A stretch of DNA of 64,000 nt from an uncultured Spirochaetota bacterium (GCA_963745235.1 CAVUXE010000035.1:256001-320000), one strand, 5' to 3'; shown: positions 1-8,795, numbered from the stretch's first letter. Numbers and translations: made by a program. The notes: generated by a model not told the origin, from the letters alone.

Positions 1-1
1 C

Positions 2-790
2 AAGGGAAATCTGCCGGACACCCGGACCGCGCCGTTCGTGCTGAACGCCAGTCCGCCGAATGTGGATCTCTCCGTCGGGCCGCTTCCCTTTGCGCCCGAC
101 AATACGGGCTACCACAACGAGCTCAACATAGGCATCAAGGTCAACGACCCGAGCCCGATTGACACCTGGAGCATTCAGATCCTCGACCCGGAGAATCATC
201 CTTTCGCTTCTTTCTCCGGAAAAGGCGCTCCGTCAGAGAACATCATCTGGAACGGCCTCTCGGATACGGGAGAGCTCGTGCAGTCAGCGGAGGACTATCC
301 GCTCACCTTCACCATCAAGGATGTGCTCGGCAACACGGCCACCTACACGAAGACGATCCCGGTTGACATCCTGGTCATCCGCGACGGGGACAACCTCAAG
401 ATCAGGATCCCCAGCATCACGTTCCAGGCGAACACGGCTGACTTTACGCATGTGGAGCCGGAGAAGGCCGCGAAGAACATCGCGACAATCTCCCGGCTCG
501 CGGAGATCTTCAAGAAATACAGCCAGTACAAGATCACGATCCAGGGACACGCGAACCTCGTGAACTTCGACAACCCCGCGGCTGCCAAGAAGGAGCAGGA
601 GCAGGAGCTGATCCCGCTGTCGAAGGCAAGGGCTGAGGCCATCAGGACGGCCCTGATTGCGCAGGGGATCGCGGCGGCGCGCATCTCCACCGTGGGAATC
701 GGCGGCGCCGAGCCCGTGGTGCCGTTCTCGGATCTCGACAACCGGTGGAAGAACCGCCGCGTGGAGTTCATCCTCGTTCGTAACGAGTAA
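2..790 (+). CDS. OmpA-family peptidoglycan-binding protein with Ig-like region (5'-truncated by window edge)
   Basis: Frame is open from position 2. C-terminal OmpA_C motifs ITIQGHAN, LSKARAEAIR, GIGGAEP and NRRVEF. Confidence 0.85.
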   Translation, partial: KGNLPDTRTAPFVLNASPPNVDLSVGPLPFAPDNTGYHNELNIGIKVNDPSPIDTWSIQILDPENHPFASFSGKGAPSENIIWNGLSDTGELVQSAEDYPLTFTIKDVLGNTATYTKTIPVDILVIRDGDNLKIRIPSITFQANTADFTHVEPEKAAKNIATISRLAEIFKKYSQYKITIQGHANLVNFDNPAAAKKEQEQELIPLSKARAEAIRTALIAQGIAAARISTVGIGGAEPVVPFSDLDNRWKNRRVEFILVRNE

Positions 791-809
791 GGCAAGAAGG
801 AGAAACCTG

Positions 810-1430
810 ATGTTTGCAGGCAAAACGCTGTGGCAGATCTTCGCGTCCGGCGGAGTGACAATGTATGTGCTCCTTTTCTGCTCGCTGCTTTCCCTCGCCG
901 TCATCATTGATCGCCTCTGGACATACTGGAGCATGATGAAGGTGAGCCGCGCCGGGTTCATGCGTCGGATCCAGGCGATGATCGAGCGCAAGGACAGGGA
1001 GGGCGCCATCGAGGTCTGCCGTGAGACGCGGGCGCCTTTCGCGCGCGTGGCCATGGCGGGACTGGAGCTGCGCTCCCGCGACGAGAAGCTTCTCGCAAGC
1101 ACGCTGGAGCGGGCGGTGACCGTCCAGGCCTCCCGTCTTTCGCGGCTCACGAGCGTTGTTGGCACCATCGGGAACACAGCCGTGTATATCGGTCTCTTCG
1201 GCACGGTCCTCGGCATCATCAGGGCGTTTCGTGACATCTCCGCAATGGGGGCCGGCGGAATGGCGGTTGTCATTGGAGGAGTGGCGGAGGCGCTCATTAC
1301 CACGGCCACGGGGCTTGCAGTGGCCGTGCCTTCGGTCATCGCATACAACTACTTCGTTCGGCGCATTGACCAGTTCGTGAACGACATGGAGCTGTGCGCC
1401 TCGGAGATGACGGATCTCCTTACCCGCTGA
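810..1430 (+). CDS. exbB: MotA/TolQ/ExbB proton channel family protein
   Basis: AAGGAG RBS before ATG 810; IGLFGTVLGIIRAF and GVAEALITTATGLAVAVP motifs. Confidence 0.9.
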   Translation: MFAGKTLWQIFASGGVTMYVLLFCSLLSLAVIIDRLWTYWSMMKVSRAGFMRRIQAMIERKDREGAIEVCRETRAPFARVAMAGLELRSRDEKLLASTLERAVTVQASRLSRLTSVVGTIGNTAVYIGLFGTVLGIIRAFRDISAMGAGGMAVVIGGVAEALITTATGLAVAVPSVIAYNYFVRRIDQFVNDMELCASEMTDLLTR

Positions 1431-1432
1431 CC

Positions 1433-1852
1433 ATGCGCAACCCGAGAACGCGCCACAACGGGCTGATGGCGGGGATCAACATCACCCCCTTCACGGACGT
1501 GGTGCTTGTCCTCCTCGTCATTTTCATGATCGCTACGCCGCTGATCATCCAGTCGGGGATGCGGGTGAACCTTCCCGCAACGAGCACTGCCGAGGCGCAG
1601 CCGGAAAAGAGCATCCGCATCACGATTGACTCAGCCGGCGCTGTCTACCTGGGAAAGGACAGAGTCATGTACGACGAGCTGCGCCAGCGGCTTTCACGCA
1701 TCCTGGCGCAGCAGCCTGGCTCTCCCGTCGTGGTGATGGGTGACAGGGGGCTGCGGTACGACCTGGTCATCAGGGTGCTGGACATCGCCCGTGCCGCCGG
1801 CGCGCGCAGGATGTCGCTGGGCGTCGAGGTGCGAAACGATTTGACTCCCTAA
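1433..1852 (+). CDS. exbD: ExbD/TolR biopolymer transport protein
   Basis: INITPFTDVVLVLLVIFMI TM signature; VNLP; directly after exbB. Confidence 0.9.
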   Translation: MRNPRTRHNGLMAGINITPFTDVVLVLLVIFMIATPLIIQSGMRVNLPATSTAEAQPEKSIRITIDSAGAVYLGKDRVMYDELRQRLSRILAQQPGSPVVVMGDRGLRYDLVIRVLDIARAAGARRMSLGVEVRNDLTP

Positions 1853-1876
1853 GAGGGGCGCCGAGTACCCCCCCAA

Positions 1877-3208
1877 TTACTTGTCCGGAAGCTTGTCCGC
1901 TGGCACGCGAAGCTCGTGAGAATCCAGCCCGATGGTGCTCTTCGCTTCCCGGGCCGTGGTTGCCGGGGCTGGTTTGCGACGCGTGGCCGGGCTTGCAGGG
2001 CCCGCCTCCCCCTTCATCTGCTGGCTCCCCAGGTGGTCTCTCGTGCGGAAGAAGCGGGCCTTGGACTGCAGGACATTGGGGTTTTCGATTGTAACCTGGC
2101 GGAACTGGAAGCTGAGGTTTGGGTCATCAGTGAGGACCTCTGCAAGCTTCTGCTGCTTCTCAGAAGGGACCCTCGCCATGGCCAGGATCTCCCCGATTCC
2201 CAGCGGCAGCGTCACGGCCTTGGTGCTTCCCAGCGAGATTCGCTCTTCCAGGAGCTTGTTTTCCAGGAGCACGTACGCCCGGGTCAGCGGGTTCTCATAG
2301 AAGCTTGACTGCAGCCGTATGAAGGTGAACCAGAGTCTCTGGCTGATGGCCGTGAGAATCCTGGCGATGGTGACGGGTGATTTCTCGAAGAGGGCCGCAA
2401 GGGATTCCCGCGCAACCGGAAGAAGCTCCGTCTCACCGATGGCAATAGCGGTGGCATTTCGCGGTTTGCTCGAGACGATGGAAAGCTCGCCGAAGATGTC
2501 TCCCTCCCGCAGGATGGAAAGGAGCATCTCATCCGGCGGGGTTATCTTCAGGATCTCCACCTTCCCCGATTTGACGATGTAGAGCTCCTTGCCCGGCTCG
2601 TGCTCGCAGAAGACCAGCTGGCCGTCGGAGTACCGGCGCGCGAGCCCGCGCTGATTCAACGGCGGAGCCTTTACCCCCTTCTCTTTCAGCGCGGAGACGG
2701 CTTTCTGCGCCTCCCGGGCGTTGGGGACCGACGGAAAAAGCTGAATGTGCGCGCTCAGGGCGTGAAGGGCGTAGGCGTCCCGGCCTGAGTTGACAAAATG
2801 CATCCCCAGCTCGAACAGCCGCGCTTCCTCGTCCGAGGGCGCGGCTTTGTCCGAGGGCACGGCTACCATGTCGTCATACGCTCGAAGCTCATCCGCGAAG
2901 TAGGAGATGACGCGCGTTGCCAGCTCCGCGTTCGCCTGGACGGATTCGAGAAAGCGATCCCGCCCCAGGACCGCGCACGTGCAGTCCGTGCGGGCCACCA
3001 CTGTTTCCATGCGGGGACGCCTGCACAGGCACGATGTGAAGCCGAAGATGTCTCCCGGGCCGAGGGTGGAGCGGAATCGCTTCGCCTCCGCGAAGCCGGA
3101 GAGCTCGACCTCTCCCTTCTCGATGACAAAGACCTCTCCGCTCTCTTCCTCGGACTCGAGGTAGATGCGCGCCCCTCGCGTGTAGCTTTTCTTGGCGACT
3201 TCGCTCAC
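1877..3208 (-). CDS. Tandem cyclic-nucleotide-binding domain protein (Crp-like, helical/TPR-like linker)
   Basis: Two cNMP domains: GDIFGF..RPRMETVVA and GDIFGELS..KPRNATAIA. Confidence 0.8.
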   Translation of the reverse strand: MSEVAKKSYTRGARIYLESEEESGEVFVIEKGEVELSGFAEAKRFRSTLGPGDIFGFTSCLCRRPRMETVVARTDCTCAVLGRDRFLESVQANAELATRVISYFADELRAYDDMVAVPSDKAAPSDEEARLFELGMHFVNSGRDAYALHALSAHIQLFPSVPNAREAQKAVSALKEKGVKAPPLNQRGLARRYSDGQLVFCEHEPGKELYIVKSGKVEILKITPPDEMLLSILREGDIFGELSIVSSKPRNATAIAIGETELLPVARESLAALFEKSPVTIARILTAISQRLWFTFIRLQSSFYENPLTRAYVLLENKLLEERISLGSTKAVTLPLGIGEILAMARVPSEKQQKLAEVLTDDPNLSFQFRQVTIENPNVLQSKARFFRTRDHLGSQQMKGEAGPASPATRRKPAPATTAREAKSTIGLDSHELRVPADKLPDK

Positions 3209-3250
3209 TGGCCGTCTCTCAAGGCGCCGCTGGCGCGGCGCCCGTCGTCC

Positions 3251-3346
3251 CTACTTCTTCTTGCGCAACCTGTTCTTTCCCTTTTTCCCGCGGCTTTTCT
3301 TCCGCATCTTTTCGCTCCACGTCCTGTTCCAGCTGACCTTCGCCAT
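3251..3346 (-). CDS. Unannotated 31-aa highly basic microprotein MAKVSWNRTWSEKMRKKSRGKKGKNRLRKKK
   Basis: GGAGGAGG RBS upstream of ATG 3346; own sigma70-like promoter at 3378-3406; TAG at 3251-3253. Confidence 0.75.
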   Translation of the reverse strand: MAKVSWNRTWSEKMRKKSRGKKGKNRLRKKK

Positions 3347-3377
3347 GAATGGTGGCCTCCTCCAAGTGTCTCGGAGC

Positions 3378-3406
3378 ATAGTATCCCGCAAAGGGATTGT
3401 GTTCAA
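3378..3406 (-). promoter_or_regulatory. sigma70-type promoter for the 31-aa microprotein
   Basis: Minus strand TTGAAC-N17-TACTAT. Confidence 0.65.
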
Positions 3407-3409
3407 CTC

Positions 3410-3439
3410 TTGACAAAGCTCGTTCATCAAGGCTATACG
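3410..3439 (+). promoter_or_regulatory. Probable promoter of tRNA-Glu/murC
   Basis: TTGACA-N18-TATACG about 50 nt upstream of the tRNA. Confidence 0.5.
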
Positions 3440-3487
3440 TGAGCCGGTCGGGGCGAGCGCCGAACGGCGAGCGGCGCCGACCATCGG

Positions 3488-3559
<72 letters not shown>

Positions 3560-3648
3560 GCGGGCTGGGAGCACAAGGTCTGGTGTTTCCAGCCCTCATT
3601 TTTACCCGGGGGCATGCATCCCCGTGCAGGGCCGCCCAGGAGGCAAGG

Positions 3649-5097
3649 TTGGCCGAGCAGCTGCTTCTCCCGCAATCCCTCGAAGGATTTCGCGTTCACA
3701 TGGTCGGCATCAAGGGAACTGGCATGGCCGCTCTTGCAGAAGTTCTTTGCGCCCGTGGCGCCCGCGTGACAGGGTCCGATACAAAAGAGACTTTCTACAC
3801 CGACGCGGTCCTGCATCGGCTTTCCATCCCGTTCAAGGAAGGATTCGACGCGGCAAACCTGCCGGAGGACGCACAGCTCGTCGTCCATTCCGCGGCATAC
3901 CGCGCGGAAGAGAACCCCGAGCTCGCGCTTGCCGCGGCGCGCGGGGTCCCCATCATCTCTTACCCCCAGGCTCTCGGACAGCTTTCACGCCTGTCCGACT
4001 CAAGCGGCGTGAGCGGCGTTCACGGGAAATCGACAACCACCGCGATGTGCGGAGTCATCCTGGCCGCCTGGGGCATGCCGGCAACCGTCCTCGTGGGCGC
4101 GGAGGTGCCTGCGTTCGGCAACAGGTCGACGATCATGCGGGGGGATCGATTCCTTGTCGCGGAGACCTGCGAGTACCGGCGCCATTTTCTCAACTTCCGG
4201 CCCGCGCGAATCCTCATCACCAGCGTCGAGCCGGATCACCTGGACTACTTCAAGGGCCAGGATGACCTGCTCAACGCCTTTCAGGAATATGGGGCGCTGT
4301 TGCCTGCTGGAGGGCAGCTCGTCTACTGCGCGGACGAACCAGGGGCAAGCTCCGCCGCGGCCGGTATCCTTTCCCGCAGGAAGGACGTGGAGGCTGTCCC
4401 CTACGGCCGCACGGCCGCCGGACCGTTTCAGATCGTGGATGAGAGCACGGGGGACGGCTGCAGCGGATTCACTCTCTCGGGGTGGCCGCAGAGGTTCACT
4501 CTGAAGATCCCGGGCGCGCACTCCGTCCTCGACGCGGCTGGAGCCCTGGCCCTCTGCAGCCTGCTCTGGGCAAAGGAGCATGCGGGCACGGCGGACATGG
4601 ATCTCCCGGCGGCCGCGGCGGCGCTGGCGGAGTTCAGCGGAAGCAGGAGGCGAAGCGAAATTGTCGGCGCGGCTGCGGGAATCCTTTTCATGGACGACTA
4701 CGGCCATCATCCCACCGCCATCGCCACCACGCTGGAGGGGCTGCGGCGTTTTTACCCGAAGCGGCGCCTCATTGTGGACTTCATGTCCCACACGTACTCG
4801 CGCACCCGTTCGCTGCTCGCCGAGTTCGGGACCTGTTTTTCCCATGCAGACATGGTTGTTCTCCACAGGATCTATGCCTCGGCCCGTGAGCCGAACGAGG
4901 GAGGTATCACGGGGCGCGACCTTTTCAACGAGGTGTCGCGCCACCACGGCAACGTGCGCTACTTCGATGATCCCCGGGAGTCCATTCCCTTCCTGTTGTC
5001 GGAGCTGACCTCCGGAGACCTCTTCATTACGATGGGGGCGGGGGACAACTGGAAGCTCGGGCGCGAGCTCCTTCATTCCCTCGGAGTCAGGCCATGA
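3649..5097 (+). CDS. murC: UDP-N-acetylmuramate--L-alanine ligase
   Basis: HMVGIKGTGM, GVHGKSTTT, DDYGHHPT and HTYSRT motifs; TTG start chosen after AGGAGG (3638-3643). Confidence 0.93.
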   Translation: MAEQLLLPQSLEGFRVHMVGIKGTGMAALAEVLCARGARVTGSDTKETFYTDAVLHRLSIPFKEGFDAANLPEDAQLVVHSAAYRAEENPELALAAARGVPIISYPQALGQLSRLSDSSGVSGVHGKSTTTAMCGVILAAWGMPATVLVGAEVPAFGNRSTIMRGDRFLVAETCEYRRHFLNFRPARILITSVEPDHLDYFKGQDDLLNAFQEYGALLPAGGQLVYCADEPGASSAAAGILSRRKDVEAVPYGRTAAGPFQIVDESTGDGCSGFTLSGWPQRFTLKIPGAHSVLDAAGALALCSLLWAKEHAGTADMDLPAAAAALAEFSGSRRRSEIVGAAAGILFMDDYGHHPTAIATTLEGLRRFYPKRRLIVDFMSHTYSRTRSLLAEFGTCFSHADMVVLHRIYASAREPNEGGITGRDLFNEVSRHHGNVRYFDDPRESIPFLLSELTSGDLFITMGAGDNWKLGRELLHSLGVRP

Positions 5098-5960
5098 CCA
5101 GCATGACGGGGTTCGGCCACGGGGAGTCGAGGGACCCCGGACTCCAGATGGTGCTGGAGATACGGTCCTACAACAACAGGTTCCTGGATCTCTCCATCAA
5201 CCTTCCCTACAGCCTCAAACAGCTGGAGCCCCGGGTACGGGAGTTCCTTTCGGCCCGCATCCAGCGGGGAAAGGTGGAGTTCTATCTCTCGGTGGTCGAG
5301 CTGGAAGAGGGGACCGAGGTGCTCATCGATCAGGGCCGCCTGCGCGCCTACATGACCGCCCTCGAGCAGCTGCGGCGCACCACCGGGATCAAGGAGAAGC
5401 CAGCCCTGGCACATTTCATAGGCCTGGACGGCGTTCTGAAGACGGTGAGCAGAAAGGACCCCGAAGCGTCGTGGGCAACCCTGCTGCCCCTGCTGGAGAG
5501 GGTGTTTGAAGACTTTGAGAAGTCGCGCACGGCCGAGGGGGCAAAGACCGGGGCAGACCTTCGCAGGCTCTCCGCGGAGGTCGAGCGCAAAATAACGACG
5601 ATCGAGGGGAAGGTCCCCGAGATGGAGACAAAGATCAAGGAAAGTCTGCGTGAAAGATTCCGGGAGCTCCTTGATGAGGGAATCGACGAGTCGAGGATCC
5701 TGGCGGAGACGGCCGTCCAGCTCGTGAGGTTCGACATCAACGAGGAAGTCCAGCGGATGAAGGCGCATCTCCAGAGCCTCGTGGAGTCACTCGGGCAGAC
5801 GGGGCAGCAGGGAAAGAAGCTGGACTTCATCTGTCAGGAGCTCGGAAGGGAGATCAACACGATAGGCTCGAAAAGTGTCACTCTCGAGATCGACCAGGCG
5901 GTGATCGCGGTCAAGGACACGCTGGAAAAGATTCGGGAGCAGCTGCGGAATGTCGAGTGA
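5094..5960 (+). CDS. yicC: YicC/YloC family endoribonuclease
   Basis: N-terminal SMTGFG, EIRSYNNRFLD; C-terminal GKKLDFICQELGREINTIGSK..REQLRNVE. Confidence 0.93.
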   Translation: MTSMTGFGHGESRDPGLQMVLEIRSYNNRFLDLSINLPYSLKQLEPRVREFLSARIQRGKVEFYLSVVELEEGTEVLIDQGRLRAYMTALEQLRRTTGIKEKPALAHFIGLDGVLKTVSRKDPEASWATLLPLLERVFEDFEKSRTAEGAKTGADLRRLSAEVERKITTIEGKVPEMETKIKESLRERFRELLDEGIDESRILAETAVQLVRFDINEEVQRMKAHLQSLVESLGQTGQQGKKLDFICQELGREINTIGSKSVTLEIDQAVIAVKDTLEKIREQLRNVE

Positions 5961-6532
5961 AACCCCCCGGCGAACCCGTGCCTGACAGTCAGAACGCGGG
6001 CTCCGACCTGCGGCTTGCCATCTCAGGCAAGAGCGGTTGCGGCAACACCACCGTCTCCCGCCTTGTGGCGGAGAAGCTCGGGCTGCGCGTCATCAATTAC
6101 ACATTCAAGAACCTGGCGCGGGACAGCGGGATGAGCTTCGAGGAGCTTGCGCTCAAGGCGGAGACGGATCCCCAGTACGACCTCACCATCGACCGCATGC
6201 AGGTCGACCTTGCGCGCATGGGGGGGTGCGTGCTTGGCTCCCGGTTGGCGATATGGCTCCTGCGGGACACCGCGCTCACCGTGTATCTCAAGGCCAGCCT
6301 CGAGGTGCGCGCGGCGCGGATTGCCCGGCGTGAGGGAGGAGATCCCGCCGCGGTGCGGGCGCGCACCGAAGCGCGGGACGAGAGGGATCGGGCCCGGTAC
6401 CAGCGGCTCTACGGGTATGACGTGGACCGCTACGATTTCTCCGCGCTTGTCGTGGACACGGAGAGGCTGAATCAGCAGCAGGTCGCGGATGTGATCGTGG
6501 ACTTTGCGCGGCGCGAGCGCGGCTTTGCGTAG
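5957..6532 (+). CDS. Cytidylate kinase-like (archaeal Cmk-type) P-loop nucleoside monophosphate kinase
   Basis: ISGKSGCGNTTVS P-loop, GSRL, VYLKASLEVRAARI, DRARYQRLYG. Confidence 0.8.
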   Translation: MKPPGEPVPDSQNAGSDLRLAISGKSGCGNTTVSRLVAEKLGLRVINYTFKNLARDSGMSFEELALKAETDPQYDLTIDRMQVDLARMGGCVLGSRLAIWLLRDTALTVYLKASLEVRAARIARREGGDPAAVRARTEARDERDRARYQRLYGYDVDRYDFSALVVDTERLNQQQVADVIVDFARRERGFA

Positions 6533-6563
6533 GACCAAGGCTCTGCGGCGACCGAGGAGCTCC

Positions 6564-6592
6564 TTGAATAAAAGCTGTTATAAACATATATT
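6564..6592 (+). promoter_or_regulatory. sigma70-type promoter of rpoZ (near-leaderless)
   Basis: TTGAAT-N17-TATATT, ending 8 nt before ATG 6601; no SD. Confidence 0.6.
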
Positions 6593-6600
6593 GAGACCAT

Positions 6601-6795
6601 ATGGTGTTACCTCTGGACCTTCTCGAGAGCTTTCAGGGCAATGTCTATGAAATGACCTGCGCGGCCATGAAGCGCAGTATTCAAATCAACCTCGCGGGTG
6701 ATGACGAGCTGGATGCGAACAAGGGGAAGATCGTCTCCACGGCCCTCAAGCAGATCCTCACGCAAAAGGTCCGGTATCGGCACCCGGAAGGCTGA
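6601..6795 (+). CDS. rpoZ: RNA polymerase omega subunit (spirochaete type)
   Basis: GNVYEMTCAAMKRS..KIVSTALKQI motif; typical position between yicC/kinase and miaA. Confidence 0.8.
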   Translation: MVLPLDLLESFQGNVYEMTCAAMKRSIQINLAGDDELDANKGKIVSTALKQILTQKVRYRHPEG

Positions 6796-7724
6796 CAGAG
6801 TCCTTCCTCTCGTCGTCCTCTTCGGACCGACAGCCGCGGGAAAGTCCGAAATCCTTCCCTCCCTTTTCGATCAGCGCTTCGAGATCATCAACGCCGACTC
6901 CATGCAGGTGTATCGCCATCTGAACGTGGGCACCGCAAAGCCAGGCCGGGATCTCCGTGACAGGTTCCCGCACCACCTCATAGACGTGGTGGACCCGTCC
7001 CACCAGTTCAACGCCGGTGAGTTCGTGAAGGCGGCGCAGGACCTTGTCCGGCAGATCAGCGCCCGGGGGAGAGTCCCCGTGGTCTGCGGCGGCACGGCGT
7101 TCTATATCACGAGCTTCCTCTATGGCCTGCCCGGAGTCACCCAAAGGGGACCCGCGGACGCGTGAGCGGCTTCGAGAGCTTGCGCGGGTGGAAGGGCGCG
7201 ATGCTCTTGCGCGCATGCTGCGCGAACGCGACCCTGAGGCAGCGGATCGCATCCCCCCCGCGGATACCTACAGGATCACGCGGGCCCTGGAGGTTCTGGA
7301 GTCCACCGGGGAGTCAGTCTATTCTTTTCGCTGGCCACGGACCCTGCGAACTGATTTCCAGTTCCTTCTCCTGGGCCTCACGCGCGAGAGGGATGAGCTT
7401 TACCGGCGGATCGAGCAGCGAGTCGACAGGATGTTCTCCGAAGGGCTCCTGGAAGAGATCAAGGGGCTTCTGTCCATGGGGTACGGGCCGTCTGATCCTG
7501 GCATGCGCGGGATCGGGTACCGCGAGATTCTTGGCATGCGAAGCGGCTGCGCGACCCTGGCCGATGCCCGTGACCTCATCAAGCGGAACTCCCGCAGATA
7601 CGCGAAGCGCCAGCTCACGTTCTTCAAATCCGTTCGCGGCGTGATCTGGTTCGACCCGTCGGAGGCGCCGAAAATCCGAGCGGCAATAGAAGCCTTCGTC
7701 TCTCCCCTCCTCCCTGCCTATTGA
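6698..7724 (+). CDS. miaA: tRNA dimethylallyltransferase, split by a +1 frameshift at about 7130-7133 (likely sequencing error); start codon uncertain
   Basis: GPTAAGKS, DSMQVY, VGTAKP and PHHLID in the first frame; RITRALEV, GIGYRE and RRYAKRQLTFF in the second. Removing one base at CTGCCCGGAG joins them. Confidence 0.9.
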
Positions 7725-7750
7725 CCACTGCCCGGCAAAAAGCGCATAGT
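7721..7750 (+). promoter_or_regulatory. Probable promoter of bS22
   Basis: TTGACC-N18-CATAGT. Confidence 0.45.
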
Positions 7751-7812
7751 GCTTCGACAATGTTGGGAGCTGCGGCTTTGTCGCGGCACCAGAGTCGAAA
7801 GGAGTAGGCCCT

Positions 7813-7908
7813 GTGCCCTGTGGTAGGAAAAGAAAGCGACACAAGATTGCCACCCATAAGAGGAAGAAAAAGCTGAGGGCCAACCGGCACAAGAAGAAGC
7901 TGCGCTAG
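7813..7908 (+). CDS. 30S ribosomal protein bS22 (AURKAIP1/COX24/mS38-like), MPCGRKRKRHKIATHKRKKKLRANRHKKKLR
   Basis: GAAAGGAG RBS then GTG. Matches the MPxGxKRKRHKxATHKRKK..RxNRHKKK pattern of Bacteroidota/spirochaete bS22. Absent from the ORF track. Confidence 0.9.
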   Translation: MPCGRKRKRHKIATHKRKKKLRANRHKKKLR

Positions 7909-7932
7909 CGCCGGGGGGAAGCCCCGCGGCGC
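7909..7932 (+). terminator. GC-rich hairpin after bS22
   Basis: CGCCGGGGGG-AAG-CCCCGCGGCG imperfect stem, no U-tract. Confidence 0.3.
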
Positions 7933-7956
7933 AAGCGCACTCCGGGAGGAGCGTCG

Positions 7957-8724
7957 GTGAAAGGCGTACGGATAGCGGTCTTGCTCCTGCTTGCAGCCGC
8001 ATTTGGCGCGGGAGCAGAAAGCCTGTGGTCGCCCGGGTTCAAGGGCTACCTTTCAGGAGGCCGGGGGCCCGCCGTCGGTGACGTCCTGATCATCCAGATC
8101 GACGCTTCCTCCTCGCTTTCCTTCACGTCTTCGAGCAACGACGCGAAAAATCTCACCCTCGAGTTTTCCGGCGGAGAGTCGGGAAACCTGTTCTCTTTTC
8201 TGCCCCAGGTGCGCGCAACGGGCTCTCGGAGCACGACCGGCCGGGATGTTCTCAGTCTCAAGACGGAAATCCCCGCCGTGGTTACCGCGGTCAACCCTGA
8301 CGGAACGGCGCAGGTCCAGGGAAGCAGAACGGTTTCCGTGGAGGGAAAGGACGAGTCTGTGACCGTGAGCGGCTCGGTCTCTCCGGGCCTGGTGGATCAG
8401 AAAGGATCGGTTCCTTTCTCCCGACTGGCCAACTCCAGACTTGTGTACAGGACATTCCTTACCTCCAACCAGGACGTGCTGTCCCCCGCGGATCTGCGGC
8501 AGCTCCTTGCCCCTGCGCCCGCTGCCGCGGCTCCCGTCGCGCCCGCTGCCGCCGCTGCACCAGCGGGGACTGCCCCCGGCGCGCCGCCGGCGCCCGGGGC
8601 AACTCCGGGGGCGGCCGCGGCGCAGCCGACAGCCGCGCCAGGGCTCACAATAACGGACGCGAAAAAGCGGCAACTGCTTCTCCTCTACCTCAACCGCCTC
8701 ATCGACGTAGTTTTCCCGCAGTGA
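7957..8724 (+). CDS. FlgH (flagellar L-ring)-like exported protein with Ala/Pro-rich linker
   Basis: SLW..VGDVLIIQI, VTAVNPDGTAQVQGSRTVSV, VSGSVSP and SRLANSRLVY follow the FlgH pattern. Signal peptide has no lipobox Cys. Confidence 0.7.
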   Translation: MKGVRIAVLLLLAAAFGAGAESLWSPGFKGYLSGGRGPAVGDVLIIQIDASSSLSFTSSSNDAKNLTLEFSGGESGNLFSFLPQVRATGSRSTTGRDVLSLKTEIPAVVTAVNPDGTAQVQGSRTVSVEGKDESVTVSGSVSPGLVDQKGSVPFSRLANSRLVYRTFLTSNQDVLSPADLRQLLAPAPAAAAPVAPAAAAAPAGTAPGAPPAPGATPGAAAAQPTAAPGLTITDAKKRQLLLLYLNRLIDVVFPQ

Positions 8725-8759
8725 GCGCCTGCGCGGCCCCGCCGGGAACAGCGCCGACC

Positions 8760-8789
8760 TTGACCCTCGTGGAAGCGCGCTGTTAGAAT
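8760..8789 (+). promoter_or_regulatory. Promoter of folP operon (leaderless)
   Basis: TTGACC-N18-TAGAAT with TG extension; GTG start 6 nt after the -10 box. Confidence 0.65.
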
Positions 8790-8795
8790 CCCCCC

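Noticed and set aside
7130-7133. Programmed ribosomal frameshift in miaA
   Set aside because: No slippery heptamer or stimulator; same context as the break at 46163, so an error is more likely.
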